Origin: Tubulanus polymorphus
Taxonomy: Eukaryota; Animalia; Nemertea
DNA length: 64,000 nt
Direction: 5' to 3'
Assembly (NCBI RefSeq): GCF_964204645.1
Contig: NC_134035.1
Span: 2,170,001 to 2,234,000, forward strand
Shown here in pieces: positions 12,994 to 25,868 of the stretch. How positions within the stretch are numbered: the first letter of the stretch is position 1; every line of letters starts with the position of its first letter. Made by a program: the position numbers and the translations under genes. The notes beneath the pieces were generated by a model that worked only from the letters and a program-made list of their open reading frames with translations, did not search any database and had not been told where the DNA came from.

Positions 12994-13944
12994 TTATTTG
13001 ACTGAATTTCTACAGCGGATTTTCATACAGAAATAGTCACGAATTTCTCGTCCCAGTAGAAGATAGATGTAGAAATTTACGACATAGTTACACATTTGAA
13101 ACTGTGCAAACATGTCGTATAATACATTTTTTACTTCTTCGGAGAGCGGTAAAAACACAGCAATAGTAGGCGGTAGCGTGAATACTGCGAATGCGAGTGA
13201 AACTGTTACAAGCATTATTGTTGTACGTTTTGATTTTGAGGTTTTCTGATCGGACGAAACCATTTTTGAACCTCTGAATAACTGAAATATTATAACAGAA
13301 TTCGACGTTAGAATCAACGTTAAAGGTATTATGTTAACGTAGATGACAATCATAGAGAAATATGTTATTTGGTTAAATAACTCATAGTAACATCCGAACG
13401 ACTGATTCGTAAATCTTAACGACAGAATAGGCGTGAGATATAGAAACAGTAAATTCACAGCCGTAATTATCAATGTAACAAATCTAGCGAATCTCGGTGT
13501 ACATATCAAACGAGATGTCAACGGGAAGAGCACAACAGCCGCACGTTCTAGAGATATAGCCACGATTAACCACGAACTATTGACGCCCGCAAGCGCCATT
13601 ACAAATTCATAGATTTGGCAACTGATCACCGAGTTCATCAAGAACACGGGACCGTCTTTAACGCGCAAGAGAACAAACTGTAAAACAGGCATCAATGTAT
13701 AGTTAATACAAAACACAAAATCACCGAGAGACAAAGCGATAAGATAATTTGCGTATGATAAATTACGAAATCTGTGACTCATCATAATCAGGAAAGTAGC
13801 TGGATTTCCAAACGCTCCCAAAATGAACGCGATAGGGAGAATGACCAGTGACACAGTACGGTAGATTCCAGACCTGTTCACTACAGACATGAGAGCGATG
13901 TAACTGCTGTAAGAACGACCAATTTGCACCCGAGTAGAATTCAT
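12994..13944 (-). CDS. Rhodopsin-class GPCR, family A paralogue 2
   Basis: 316-aa intronless ORF, colinear with 8747..9697, with the same ERA and NFYIY motifs. Confidence 0.92.
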   Translation of the reverse strand: MNSTRVQIGRSYSSYIALMSVVNRSGIYRTVSLVILPIAFILGAFGNPATFLIMMSHRFRNLSYANYLIALSLGDFVFCINYTLMPVLQFVLLRVKDGPVFLMNSVISCQIYEFVMALAGVNSSWLIVAISLERAAVVLFPLTSRLICTPRFARFVTLIITAVNLLFLYLTPILSLRFTNQSFGCYYELFNQITYFSMIVIYVNIIPLTLILTSNSVIIFQLFRGSKMVSSDQKTSKSKRTTIMLVTVSLAFAVFTLPPTIAVFLPLSEEVKNVLYDMFAQFQMCNYVVNFYIYLLLGREIRDYFCMKIRCRNSVK

Positions 13945-15083
13945 GATTCATACAGATCGAATGGAAGCGTGTACTGACTGTCGAGTGTACTGACTAACCG
14001 AGATTGAACTAACTGTCTAAAAACGTTCCTGAACTGACCGTGTCCTCTGGCGTATCGGAAAATTGATTTCACTTCAATATGAAAATGTCATTTAAGTCTT
14101 TGTTACAGCTACAGTTTCTTTGTAAGATTGATTGTTAACAGCGAATAGAAAATCGATTCTCAGAAATCTCACATAGTTTACTCAGATTCTTTTGAAAGTT
14201 TATTATTGTGTCACGAATAAACGTAGGTCTATCTAAATTAAATATCAATACTCGATGTCGTACAACAGTTCATCGTATATTGTGAAATATTTGATAGTAT
14301 AACACATCTGAACTGGTCGGAAATCAGTTCTACACAGCGAAACCACAGGTAAAAATAACATCAGTTCATTATTCAACCACATAGATAGACAGGTCCGTAG
14401 CCAGGAGTTCTAAAAGGCAATCAATCTTTATTTCTAAATGGGCGGGGGGGGGCGTTAATTCGTATCTCTGTTAATGTTCGGTACAAAACGTATCTCTGTT
14501 GGAGGATAACAACCGTAATAACTCGTGATAACCTCGCGAACATTTGATAATGATTTATCCTGGAATGAATTGATAATAATGTCCTATTTCGTGGTAGCTT
14601 TCATATTTTTGTTAAGAGATAAATAAAATCAACGTTACTATTACTTAATTATTGTCGACTGCGAATGAATCCGTTAATTGTTAGAGAATCTTACTAGGAA
14701 CTCAGGTTACGAAATGTTTAGTAATGTATAGGATATTATCGAACTAGATTATGAAGATAATCCTGAATGGAATGAGAAGAGGGTTTATTGAGATTTGTGA
14801 AATGTTTGTATTCGGAGGTAGTATTGGATTTTCGTTCACAAAGGCTGTTGTTGTGCCAACACATTCCGATGTTTCCAGTTCGGAAACAAGTCAGTACCAT
14901 AAACTATTTAGACTACATGCAACAGAAAGAGTTTGTCCTGGGCGCTGCAGAAACCGATCAACATTAAATTGATAAGGACAAAGGTGTAAATAAGATTGTC
15001 TCTTCCTCGAAATTATCAAGAAAACACGATTCTAATTCTTTATCGATTCATTCGTTTATTTCATATTTGAAAATGGTGGATTT

Positions 15084-18000
15084 TCATCGGCAGAAGCCGC
15101 AAGTTTTCTCGCAATTCTTTTTCATGTAACTGATATAAGTACTTTCAGTACAATATTTCGTCCAACCGGAACAGTTGACGTTCGTATCCTTGCACGATGA
15201 CGCTGAAAATAATAGGAAACTCATCGTAGACAATCATTCTTATTGTGTGATCGGACAGTTTTACAAGTTTTGTATGGTAAATGACTACGAGTCTGAAACC
15301 AGATTTTTACTTACATCCTCCTCCTGAACCTCCGCTGAAAATAGAAATTTAGATTTAGATGATACACATGATTATAGATGACTAAATTTGAAATAAATAG
15401 TATCCATGATTGTTCAGTACAGTTACAGTATAGGTCAGTAGCCGTTTCTTGCTATAGCTTATAGCAGTATATAGCAAGGTTATAGCAATTTCTTATGTCT
15501 CGCACAATGGGAAAACTATTTTTCTGGTAAATGGTTTTTCCTACTAAAGAACATCAATAACATTCAGGTTTTATGTTTGTTTCGTGATGTGTGCGTAATG
15601 AAATTTGGTCGAACTGTTTTACGATTGTAAACGCTTGAGTTGAATCGTGTCTTTAAACTCACCCGCAGAGATTACAAGTTTTTTTACAATTCTTCTTTAC
15701 GTAAGCGTTGGTGCTGCAGTAATTGGCCCATCCGCTACACGATGAGTTGGCATCGACGCAAGCTGCGATAAATCAAAGCGTAATTAGATTAGAAATGATG
15801 CCAGCGATGAAGCATCGATCTCTGAATAAAGGGAAAACGTGGACTGATATCGATCAAAGATTGATATTTTTCCTGTCGGTGACGACAGCGTTAACAATAT
15901 TACATTCATGTAAAGCATTTTGCAATGATGCGGGTCTTATCAGCTTATGTGCGGTCGGAACTGGCAGCCTTCAAATATTAAGCCTATGACAGTCTTATTA
16001 ATTTACTAATTTTCTAATATTTTCTATGAATTATCATTCATTACATCTAAACGCATCCATGTATCCGGGTTTCTTTGACTCAACTCACATGATCCTCCGT
16101 TATCTCCGCCGTTGCCTCCACTCCCGTTGCCCCCGTTGTCTCCTCCATCGGTTACCGAACAGCCGTACAATTTCTGTACCATTTTGATGTCACGACTGTG
16201 CAGTTTTCGAATGCCGAGTCGTGCGTTGGGATCTTTAGGAGTCATCGAAGGTTTTCCGTTAGAGCTATGAAAATAAACGTGTTGATCAGAATATGAAATT
16301 CCCAATGGAAGCGTTCCCGTGATGATGTCGTTATTTCATATGGTGTTTTCAATAAGATTTTATAAATGACGTTCAAATTGAATAAAAATGACAATTGGAA
16401 GGCCGGGGTCCGGAATAGATGAAAGAGAATTTCTCGAATAAATCAGCCAAATCAAAGGCCTCTATTGGGGTTCCGCCCTTTGTTTTAGTAAGACATTTTT
16501 GAAGAAATACATTCCAAAGTTTGCAATCTCTGAGAGGATACGTGTGACAAATTAACATGTTTTAACAATATCTATCTTGACGAAAAGGGAACGTAGGGGT
16601 CCAGACTCCCGAGACGACTCCCTAAATCTCCCCGTGATAAAATCCTCCACATACCTGAACGCGTATTTCCCGTATTGCATGACCGATGCATATTCGTATG
16701 GAAGCCCTTGATTGTTGGTGTTATCTATGTTGAAATTGTGTCTCTTCGCTGGAAATGGAGTTCAGATTTAAAACGAGTTTTTCGAATGTCACTTTAACTG
16801 CAAAATCGAATAATGATCTACAGACCTTCGGGGATATTCTCCCAGTTGATGGTCAGGTATTTGTCGCGATCGGAACGACATTGTTCGTGTTGAAATCCGA
16901 GAGCGTGTAGAAATTCGTGTTGAATCGTTCCGGCTCCGAGACATCCGTGTTCTTTCAGTGACATCATCTGTTTATTACGGACCATTCCAACGTACGACCA
17001 ACATCTACAAACATTCAGACGACTCACTAACTGAATTTTCGATTTGAATATGTTTTGCTATCTAAACAAAAGCGATTGGTAACGCGTGATTATTTCTTAT
17101 TATTTCTTTATTAGGAATTAGAACCTGGGATTTGAACCTGGATCTTTCGTCTGCCAGCCTTGTATCTAACCACTATAGACCACCAGGTTTTGGTGCACGA
17201 AATGAACGGGAAACAAAGAAGCATTCTCTGCTTGTTTCGCTTGTTTGGTGACTCGTTTAGCGAAACGATTAGCGACTACAGCATATTGACAACAGCGTTT
17301 CATTAAACACATCTCATATTTAGGAGCTTCGCAAAAAGCAGCAAAACAAGTGAAAAAACTAAATGGTTTACCCGGAACCGCTGTAGATCGAGATGTAATT
17401 TGTTTGGTCTGTTCTTTCTATGAACTCGATGCACGAACCGACCTTGTCCTGCAGTTCTTTCAGAGCACCGCGAATACGTGTTTGAGCGGAGGTACCTTAG
17501 ATAATAATTTAGAAAATGTTAAATCAGCTAAATTGGACAGAATTGACGTGAAGTAAATTTGAAGTATTTTTTCTCTAATACGCACTCATTTGTGACATAT
17601 CGTAGTAAATCTTTCCATTAGTCCATTTGCGCAAACGACTAGCCGCGTTTCTAAATGAATTCGGGACTCCGGCCATATCTCCTTCAAATTTCCCAGAAAA
17701 TTCTTCTAAATGAGTTCCTGCAAGACACGAAGCAGTAGTTAACTTTCCTCAGAATAACTCGATGTAGAAATTCTGACAGCCTCACTGTACTCAGTTCGTA
17801 TTTCTGCATTCCGGGACGTGAAAAAAAATTCATATTTATTTTGCATTTGAATCGAATGAAGAAACAAAAGTAAAATTACTCATCGCTGTTCAAGGGAAAA
17901 TAGAGAAAACCGCTTTAAAAATTGTATAATTCGTCCAAATTGGAAATTGGTAAGCTTTAAGTTGAATAGTTAGCTACAAGACATTTATATGAAAAAGTCC

Positions 18001-18698
18001 TTTGTTATTATACTATTTATCCGTTGTTAACTTACGTTTGTATTCCTCGAATTCGGATTTATTCTGAAAAACAATCGAAAAAATAATCATCATTGGCCGG
18101 GGTGATAATACCGAAAATGTAAACCGCTCTGAACAGCCTGGCTGTATTTAGCGCTATATAAGACACATATTATTATTATCATTATTATTATTATCATGTA
18201 GCTGAAATGCGCAGAAATTTATCAATGATATTTAGGTAAAAAATCCCACATTGCGAAAAAAGGGAAATCAGTCTGAAATGTTTACTTGAGCTAATAGTTT
18301 ATCCAACTTTTCGACTATCCTAATAAGTCAACTTCACTGATACTGAGGAAATGATGATTTATACGCCAAACTTGAAGAATCTTTCAATTTTATTTCACTT
18401 TTTATTGGTCAAAGCCGTGGCGTTATAAAAGGCGTTGACAATGTTTACGACATTTAAGAATCAGTTGTATTGATGTTTCGGTTAGCTCCAGCCATCTTTA
18501 AATTTTGAACAAAAATCTGAAAATGGACGATCTAACCGAAACACTATTATTATAGATTTTCTTTTCGTTGTTGATCGTCGATATTGTGGGTTCTATATGA
18601 ACCCTAGTTTCATCTTTAACACGACCTATAGTACGTACCAGCGAGTAGACATTTGCGCAAACGGCTGCCGCAACGATTATTGCAATCCACGACGTCAT
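15084..18698 (-). CDS. Secreted astacin (M12A) zinc metalloprotease with two C-terminal ShK domains; exons 18698-18639, 18063-18036, 17717-17586, 17495-17372, 17004-16826, 16748-16655, 16264-16089, 15762-15663, 15334-15315, 15202-15084
   Basis: Signal peptide MTSWIAIIVAAAVCANVYS, pro-peptide FEGDM, GCWSYVG, zinc motif HEFLHALGFQHEQCRSDRD, Met-turn SVMQY and a Gly-rich linker. The two six-Cys ShK domains are CVDANSSCSGWANYCSTNAYVKKNCKKTCNLC and CKDTNVNCSGWTKYCTESTYISYMKKNCEKTCGFC. Splice phases are consistent and AATAAA follows the stop. Confidence 0.93.
17121..17187 (-). mobile_element. tRNA-derived SINE head
   Basis: The minus strand has an A-box-like TGGTCTATAGTGG and a B-box GGTTCAAATCC but no good cloverleaf. 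It is intronic. Confidence 0.5.
18117..18193 (+). mobile_element. L2/CR1-group LINE or SINE 3' tail
   Basis: tgtaaaccgct...agcgctatataa followed by (ATT)n. Same tail type as 49908-49979. Confidence 0.55.
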
Positions 18699-19086
18699 CT
18701 TGTGAGAAGCTTGGTGCAACAAGTAACAATAATCTACCCGTGGTCAGTCAGTATTTATGCTGAATCGCTATCGTTGAAAGATTAGCCGGACATGAAATAT
18801 TATGAGATTAATGACGAATTAATCGATTGCGTATATGTGGATTTTCTCACAGGTGCTTGGTGTATCATTATGTCGTGTTCACATCGGGATACGCGTAAAT
18901 TTCATTTGTTGTTTTAGTTTAGATGATGATAACGAAAACGCCGCCTTTAATCTCTGCTATAGCGTCCGAACATTTTAATCCGGATGCGAACTCAAACTGA
19001 ATGATTTTTGAGTTAAGTTAACCGGCCCTAGGTTTATGGCTGGTCGAATGTGCCGGTTCGAGCTAGATGATCAGATTTCAAGTATA

Positions 19087-19398
19087 TGATATATAGAAGA
19101 TGAGCTAGATAGCTTACAGTGAAACATATGCTCCGGAAATTTGAGCACATATTTGAAACTCTACATTAGTAAATATGGCCTTCGTGATTAATCCAGATGG
19201 TCATTGTCCAATTGACGTGGCCATCTGAGAGTATAAATACGCTTGTCGTGGACTCATTCGAGGGTTCTCTCTCTTGTGCTAGACTCTCTTGTTCTAGCTC
19301 TCACAACAGCTCGGTCGGCTCAATAAACTGAATTAACTAACAACCACGGTTCTTGTCAATTCTCTGAGCTAGGAATTTCACTACGGAACCCTATATCA
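19087..19398 (+). mobile_element. Solo LTR (312 bp)
   Basis: TGATATA...TATATCA termini, 4-bp TSD TATA (19083-19086 and 19399-19402), internal TATAAATA (~19233) and AATAAA (19322). Confidence 0.75.
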
Positions 19399-19786
19399 TA
19401 TAGCATCTTATGATCCAACGACTTAAGAAGATTCTAAAAATTCTCGAGATTGAAAATAGTTTAACAACTACAGATATAAATGTTTTGCAGTTTAATACGC
19501 GTAGATTCAACGGCAATTAATGTTGCATACTATAGCCCTGGCATATTTAAATTGAACAATATATTGACCGTGTTACCTCGTCAGGTTCAATTTGAAACTG
19601 TTTATTGCAGTGAATGGTAAGAAATTATTTCATTCACGCACAACTTTCAGAGAATTGATTTAATCTTAAGACGACAATAAATTCATGTTCAGAGATTAAA
19701 TTAGTGAAATCAATGCCTACGCAAATATGTGACTTCATTTAATACACTTTAATACACGGAAGATCCATCAATGTCGCGTGTGAATA

Positions 19787-20737
19787 ATGAAGAATTCCAC
19801 TCAGTTGCACATTGCTAGACCTTACAACACTTATATCGTTCTCATGTCATTGGTTAACAAGTCGGGTATCTATCGCACGCGTTCATTAGTCAGTTTGCTT
19901 ATTTTGTTTCTGCTAGGGACCTTCGGAAATTTAGCTACTTTCCTGATAATGATAAGTCGCAGATTTCGAGGTTTGTCTTACGCTAACTATCTTATCGCTT
20001 TGGCTCTCAGTGATTTTCTGGTTGGCGTAGGTTCTACCCTGATGCCAGTAGTGCAGTTTATACTCGTGCAGCTAAACATCGGCCCTGTATTTATGATGGA
20101 GTCGCTGGTCATCTGTAAAATCTGTGAAGCTTTTATGGCATTCGCTGCGCCGAATAGCTCCTGGTTAATCGTGGCTATATCTCTAGAACGTGCGGCAGTT
20201 GTTCTCTTCCCGTTCACATCTCGTTTGATATGTACACCGAGATTCGCCCGATGCGCGATTGTCATTATCGTCACAGTTGATGCACTAGTAATATGCATTC
20301 CTCCAGCTACAGTGATCAAGTTTTCTGACCACTTTGGGTGTTATTACGAGTTATTCGACCAATTCATGATCTTTATGACGTACGTCGTCTATGCTTACCT
20401 GCTGCCGTTAGCGGTGATATTCATTTCGAATACTGTTATAATAATTCAGTTATTCAGGGGTTCGGAATTGGTTTCCTCCGACCAGAAAACCACAAAATCA
20501 AAACGTACAACAATAATGCTTCTAACAGTTTCACTCGCATTTGCAATATTCACACTTCCAACTGCTATTACTATTCTAATACCAATCTCCGCAGAACGAA
20601 GAGAATTTCTTTTAGACATATTCGATCTTTTCCTATTGAGTAACTTTTCAATCAATTTTTACATATACCTTTTACTGGGACGCGAAATTCGCGAATATTT
20701 TTGTTCAAAATTATGCTGCAGAAATTCAGACAAATAA
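19787..20737 (+). CDS. Rhodopsin-class GPCR, family A paralogue 3
   Basis: 316-aa intronless ORF, colinear with the other family A genes. Confidence 0.92.
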   Translation: MKNSTQLHIARPYNTYIVLMSLVNKSGIYRTRSLVSLLILFLLGTFGNLATFLIMISRRFRGLSYANYLIALALSDFLVGVGSTLMPVVQFILVQLNIGPVFMMESLVICKICEAFMAFAAPNSSWLIVAISLERAAVVLFPFTSRLICTPRFARCAIVIIVTVDALVICIPPATVIKFSDHFGCYYELFDQFMIFMTYVVYAYLLPLAVIFISNTVIIIQLFRGSELVSSDQKTTKSKRTTIMLLTVSLAFAIFTLPTAITILIPISAERREFLLDIFDLFLLSNFSINFYIYLLLGREIREYFCSKLCCRNSDK

Positions 20738-21936
20738 TGATATCGATAATCGTTATTTTGAACTTTACCCGTGGCTTCAGAGACCCTCAACTAATGGCGT
20801 AGTGCGTTCTGTGCATCTCAATAACGTAATCATTAGATTTCTACATCAACTAATTCGAATGCTAATAATTAATATGATAAGAATAATTTCAAGCGAAGGA
20901 AAGTAAGAATTCTTTTCTATTTTCTAGTTTTCTATTTGAATCTATTAGTAGCAGCCGTATGGTAACGTCAGTTGGGTATCGCCAATAGAAACTTGGGAAA
21001 TATTTACTTCTTTGAGTACTTGGAAAAACGGGCAAACCAAAAGAAAATGGAATTCATCTCTTAGAGTTGCTGCTTAATTAAAAACTTTTGACAGATTCTG
21101 TCCATTCGTTCAATCTGCGGCCACCGGTTTCTATGGGTATCAGGTGATTCAAACAGTTGTCCGGGTCCTCAATGTTACTATTTTCTTTGAAAAGCGTAAT
21201 AATGATTTTAGATAAACACACTAGAATGGGCAGTAATACATCTTCGTCAAATTTCATGATTCATTGGAGATGCCATCGATACCACAAGCTTTGAGATTTT
21301 TGTGGCCGTCAAAGTATCAATGACTATTAGTTCTGGGTGACCGTCATTAACTGAATTAACTGTTACGCATATCGAAGAAGCTGTATCGCTGCTAGCCAGA
21401 GTGGACTATTCTATGAGTCAACTGGTTAGCACGCTTGCTCTTTGCGACCCACGGCGAGTGCGTGTCATTTTATCGTCACCTCTTGATCGACACAACGACG
21501 AAATTGGTGAATTGGCTTTTGTAAAAACGCACAGAAGTTCTATTGTTTTTTACCATTGAATTCATTTAGATAGATTTACATATTTAACTAAATGCGATTA
21601 AAACCTGTGCGGGAAACGTAAAGTTTTCACGATATGAAAAAAAAAAAACGATTGATAACAACAAAAATACGAGACGAATATGATAAAAAAGGAATCTCTG
21701 CTGGTTTGATTGTTTGGTTGGTTCCTTCTCGACGGGGATATCGAATTTCTATAAAGATGCACATCTAAAAGTACTACGGGCAATCTGAACCAGACGATTC
21801 CTATATTTCTATTCCGAACACATTTGATTACAATGTCGACCTGTCTAGATATTTGTATATTTCACATATTCGCCATATTTTTATTTAAGTAGAATAGCAA
21901 CGCTTTGGCGTGGTTTAACTAACAAACTTAAAGTGA

Positions 21937-22872
21937 TCAATGTTTGCTTGAATTTCCACAACGTATAAATCTAATACAGAAATATTCACGAATTTCTCGT
22001 CCCAGTAAAAGATAGATGTAGAAATTAATCGAATAATTGAAAACCTGGAACTGAGTAAGTGTATCGATGATAAATTCTTTCCGTCCTGTAGAGATCGGTG
22101 CGAGTACAATAATAGAGGATGGTAGGGTACATATTGCAAATGCGAGTGAAACTGTTACTAACATTATTGTTGTGCGTTTTGCTTTAGTAGTTTTTTTCTC
22201 GACTATTTTTGAACCTCTGAACAACTGAAATACTATAACGGAATTAGATGTAATTATTAAAGTCAATGGAAAAAAGCAAACGTAGACAACGAAAGTGATG
22301 AAAACAGCCATTTGGTCAAATAGGTCGTAGTAGCAACCGAAGTAGGAGTTGGGGAAATGCATCGAAACAGTAGGAAGAATGCATAGAATTAGTACATTCA
22401 CTGCAGTAATTGTCAATGTGGCAAATCTAGCGAATCTCGGTGTACATATCAAACGAGATGTGAACGGGAAGAGAACAACTGCCGCACGTTCTAGAGATAT
22501 AGCAACTATCAGCCAGGAACTGGTAGAAGAAGCAAGTGCGATTGTAAATTCGTAGATCTGACAACTGATCAGTGAAATCATCACATATTTCGGACCAGTT
22601 TCTACGCGCAAGAGAACAAACTGTAAAACAGGCATCAAAGTAAAACTGATACAAACCAAAAAGTCAGCGATCGATAAAACGATCAGATAGTTCGCGTAAG
22701 ATAAACTGCGGAATCTGCGACTTAGCATAATGAGAAAAGTAGCCGAATTTCCAAAGGCTCCTAACATAAACAAGATAGGCAGAGTGACCAATGATATGGT
22801 GCGGGAGTTATCAGACTTGCTTGCCACAGACATTAGAGACAGGTAACTGTTGAATGGTCGACCAATCTGCAT
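21937..22872 (-). CDS. Rhodopsin-class GPCR, family A paralogue 4 (ancestral ATG at 22887 followed by a stop at codon 3; ORF restarts at Met6)
   Basis: 311-aa intact 7TM ORF. The upstream sequence reads ATG AAT TAA ACG CTG ATG, against MNSTQM in paralogues. Confidence 0.85.
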   Translation of the reverse strand: MQIGRPFNSYLSLMSVASKSDNSRTISLVTLPILFMLGAFGNSATFLIMLSRRFRSLSYANYLIVLSIADFLVCISFTLMPVLQFVLLRVETGPKYVMISLISCQIYEFTIALASSTSSWLIVAISLERAAVVLFPFTSRLICTPRFARFATLTITAVNVLILCILPTVSMHFPNSYFGCYYDLFDQMAVFITFVVYVCFFPLTLIITSNSVIVFQLFRGSKIVEKKTTKAKRTTIMLVTVSLAFAICTLPSSIIVLAPISTGRKEFIIDTLTQFQVFNYSINFYIYLLLGREIREYFCIRFIRCGNSSKH

Positions 22873-23500
22873 CAGCGTTTAATTCATAATTCACCAGACT
22901 GTGAGACTGAAGATAAATTCAATTAATTTCAGCCTTTCAGAATACGGTACTGCATGGATGTATGTTCAAGATTGAATGGTATTATTCACTGGCCAATTTG
23001 TTCAGAACCAATGGACGACTAGACATCTAATCCGTTGAAATTTGTATCTCATTTACAAGTTTCTCCAAATAGAAATAACGCAAACGTTTTATTCGACTCG
23101 GCAAACTTCTGCACAAGAGATTAATGAAAGTATATATTTGAAAATGCAAAATGTAATATCATTTCTACCACCGAGTTTTTAAAGAGTTCGTTTTCGTTCA
23201 TTTCAAATATCTAATTGTACAATTTTACTGTTTTCAAATATTTCCTCAAAATATCAAATGCCTTTTCCGGATTTTCCATTTGACGAGCATTTTACATGAT
23301 GCAACGTAACGTCGATTCAAATATATTTCAAATGTATCTATTTTACAAAAAGTGAGATGCCCTTGATGAGTGTTCCCGTGATGATTGCAGTGTGCTTAAA
23401 ACTATCATCATGATCGCTTCATGATTGTAAAATCGTTACCAGGCATGTCGTGAATTCAGCCTCTATCGATTCAACCGTAGATACGGCGGTGGTGGCTACA

Positions 23501-24532
23501 ATGACAGCTAATAGTTCCAATCAGTGTCCGCTGCAGCCGTTCACGCCGATCATTATAACATCCGTGGCAATTTTACCGACAGGAATTTTAGGTGTTATAC
23601 TGGATGTGATCACTGTATTTGTCTATCGACGCATTGCTAGAGCCCAATCGAACAAAGGCTTTAACTCTTCCACTTGGCTCATGCAGTTGTGGGCTGGGTT
23701 TGACGCAGTGGCGCTTTCTACGAGTTATTTGGGTACCTCACTGCAGTTTGCGGCTGCGCTAGTTGCTCATGGTGAGCTTGCATTTCACATTCACAAAGGC
23801 AACATTTTTCCATATTTCTTCCTGACTGGTCCAGCTGGAGTCGGCTCGGTGCTCGTGACTACGGAGCCATGGATGATCGCGATGCTTACAATTGATAGAT
23901 TCTTACACGTTTACGATCCGTTCCGAGCACCACGGTGGACCAGCAAATTCAACTTTTCATTAATTTTCAGCTTTGTATTGTTTTGTTCCGCATTTCAGAG
24001 AGTTTTACTGTTCATACCGTTTCCTGCATTTAAACCAATGACCAGTATTGACTTGGTCCCAGTCAGTTGCCCTTACGGATTACCCGGTTATGAAACAGTC
24101 TGGAGGAGAAATAACCTGGAGAAATTTCTATCTAGATTCAGCATTGGCATATACGGTGTGTTAATACCTGTATCAATCATAGCAATGTTCAATATTGGTA
24201 TTCTGATTGTAGTTTCCAAAAGCGCCCTTTCCATTAAACGAAATGTCAGTGTTCCTAAATCTCACAATGCCCGGGCAACCGCCGTCGTACTTTCAATTGT
24301 GTTCAGCTACCTGTTACTGAAGGGACCTGCTGCTATGATACATGTTTATCAGGGTGTCACACCACAGGGTAAAGCTCTGAAGGCCCTGTACAAGCGACCG
24401 TGGCTGTATGCTTGTACACGGAACATCGGTTCCTTTACCGGTATCGTCAATTTTATAGTTTTTTCATTTATAAACCCTACATTCAAAAAAGAACTCCGGA
24501 ACATGTTGTGCCGTAACAGGAGAAATAGATAA
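23501..24532 (+). CDS. Rhodopsin-class GPCR, family B (divergent)
   Basis: The ORF-track start at 23450 is GTG; the first in-frame ATG is 23501 (MTANSS, sequon). It has 7 TM segments, DRF at the DRY position and NFIVF in TM7. Confidence 0.88.
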   Translation: MTANSSNQCPLQPFTPIIITSVAILPTGILGVILDVITVFVYRRIARAQSNKGFNSSTWLMQLWAGFDAVALSTSYLGTSLQFAAALVAHGELAFHIHKGNIFPYFFLTGPAGVGSVLVTTEPWMIAMLTIDRFLHVYDPFRAPRWTSKFNFSLIFSFVLFCSAFQRVLLFIPFPAFKPMTSIDLVPVSCPYGLPGYETVWRRNNLEKFLSRFSIGIYGVLIPVSIIAMFNIGILIVVSKSALSIKRNVSVPKSHNARATAVVLSIVFSYLLLKGPAAMIHVYQGVTPQGKALKALYKRPWLYACTRNIGSFTGIVNFIVFSFINPTFKKELRNMLCRNRRNR

Positions 24533-25868
24533 AAATACCAACAGAGGCTCCTCTTATTCATTGTGTTTGTGTTTCAATTAAAGCCATAAAACCATGAAAT
24601 GTATCCGATTACGGATTAGGTCATAAAATATAGTCATGTCGTAAGCGAGATCTTGCATTCTTTTACAATAGTATATATGATTATCTTTCGATTGGTAAAA
24701 GGTCACCGCAAAGCACTGTACTATGATAAATGTGTAGATCATTAGCTTAATTTGTTATTCATTTACTTAAAAAAGATGTTAGATGTTAGATTCGTGAACC
24801 GTTCAATGAGCGCAGGAAATCCCAGCATAAGCGTTGGGATTTTCCATTTCCGATTCGTCATTAGAATTCATAAATGTATATTGTCACAAATTAAGTATTC
24901 GGACAAGCAGCCATTGATATTTTGAGGTATAAATATTCAAGATTAAAAAGATTGAAGTCAGTCGAATCCATCCATAAAAACACCTTAAAATAAGTAAGTT
25001 TTTTGTCTCGGAAACTGCGCCTTACCTCGTATAGTGTAAGCAGAACTATAAATGTAACACTGAGTTGAGAATTAGAAAAATAGAAAATTTTAAAAATGCC
25101 CGCTATCAAGTAAAGAAGAGTCTCTCTATATCCTGGTGCTATCCAAACCATAATGATCAATGGTTAAGAGGTTCTTGATTAATTGACTTGAGCGGTTTAT
25201 ACCGAACTGCCCGCAACCGAGTAAAGAGGAGTCTCTCTATATCCTGGTTTCATCAAAACCGTACATAATCGCAGGGCTTAAGAAGTTCTAATGCATTTTC
25301 AAACAGCCGATTAGTTTGATATTTATAAACCTAATAAACAATGTCAACCAAGCTTCTACTTTCGCAGAAAGTCCATATATACACTTACAGCAAACCTTAC
25401 CTAGCTCTTGTGAAGTTGGACCGGCAAAAAACTGATCCGAGTTAAGTGAAAGTCCGAGCTCAGGAAGGAAATGATTTCTTTTGTTTCTGCCCGAGTTGGT
25501 TCATGTGTTAGATAGACGTGGACTCTTAGATTCAGAGTCCATGGATAAACAGTGCATATTTTAAATTCTATTAAGAAAATTCGTTTCAGCGTGTTATACG
25601 TTTATATCAATAATTATTTCTAACATCGAATGTTTCCATTAAATGATATATATTAGTTAACATGTGCTTGTCTTAAAACTATTAATAAAAGTTCAGGCCT
25701 GACCTCATGTGTGGGCTCTCTCATTAGCCAACAGAGGTGCACTTACAACATCCATGGACGTATGAACTACTGTTTATACGTCCATGCTTCATCATAAGGC
25801 GTACAAATCCCACTTTGAAATAAGCTTAAAATACGGAAAAGGCCTTGTGTAAACCGTCATCAAAAATC

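Noticed and set aside
17121-17187. Functional tRNA gene
   Set aside because: A/B boxes are present but the acceptor and anticodon stems do not form, so it is treated as a SINE head.
23450-23500. N-terminal extension of the GPCR from the ORF track
   Set aside because: The start codon is GTG. The first ATG is at 23501, unless an upstream exon is spliced in.
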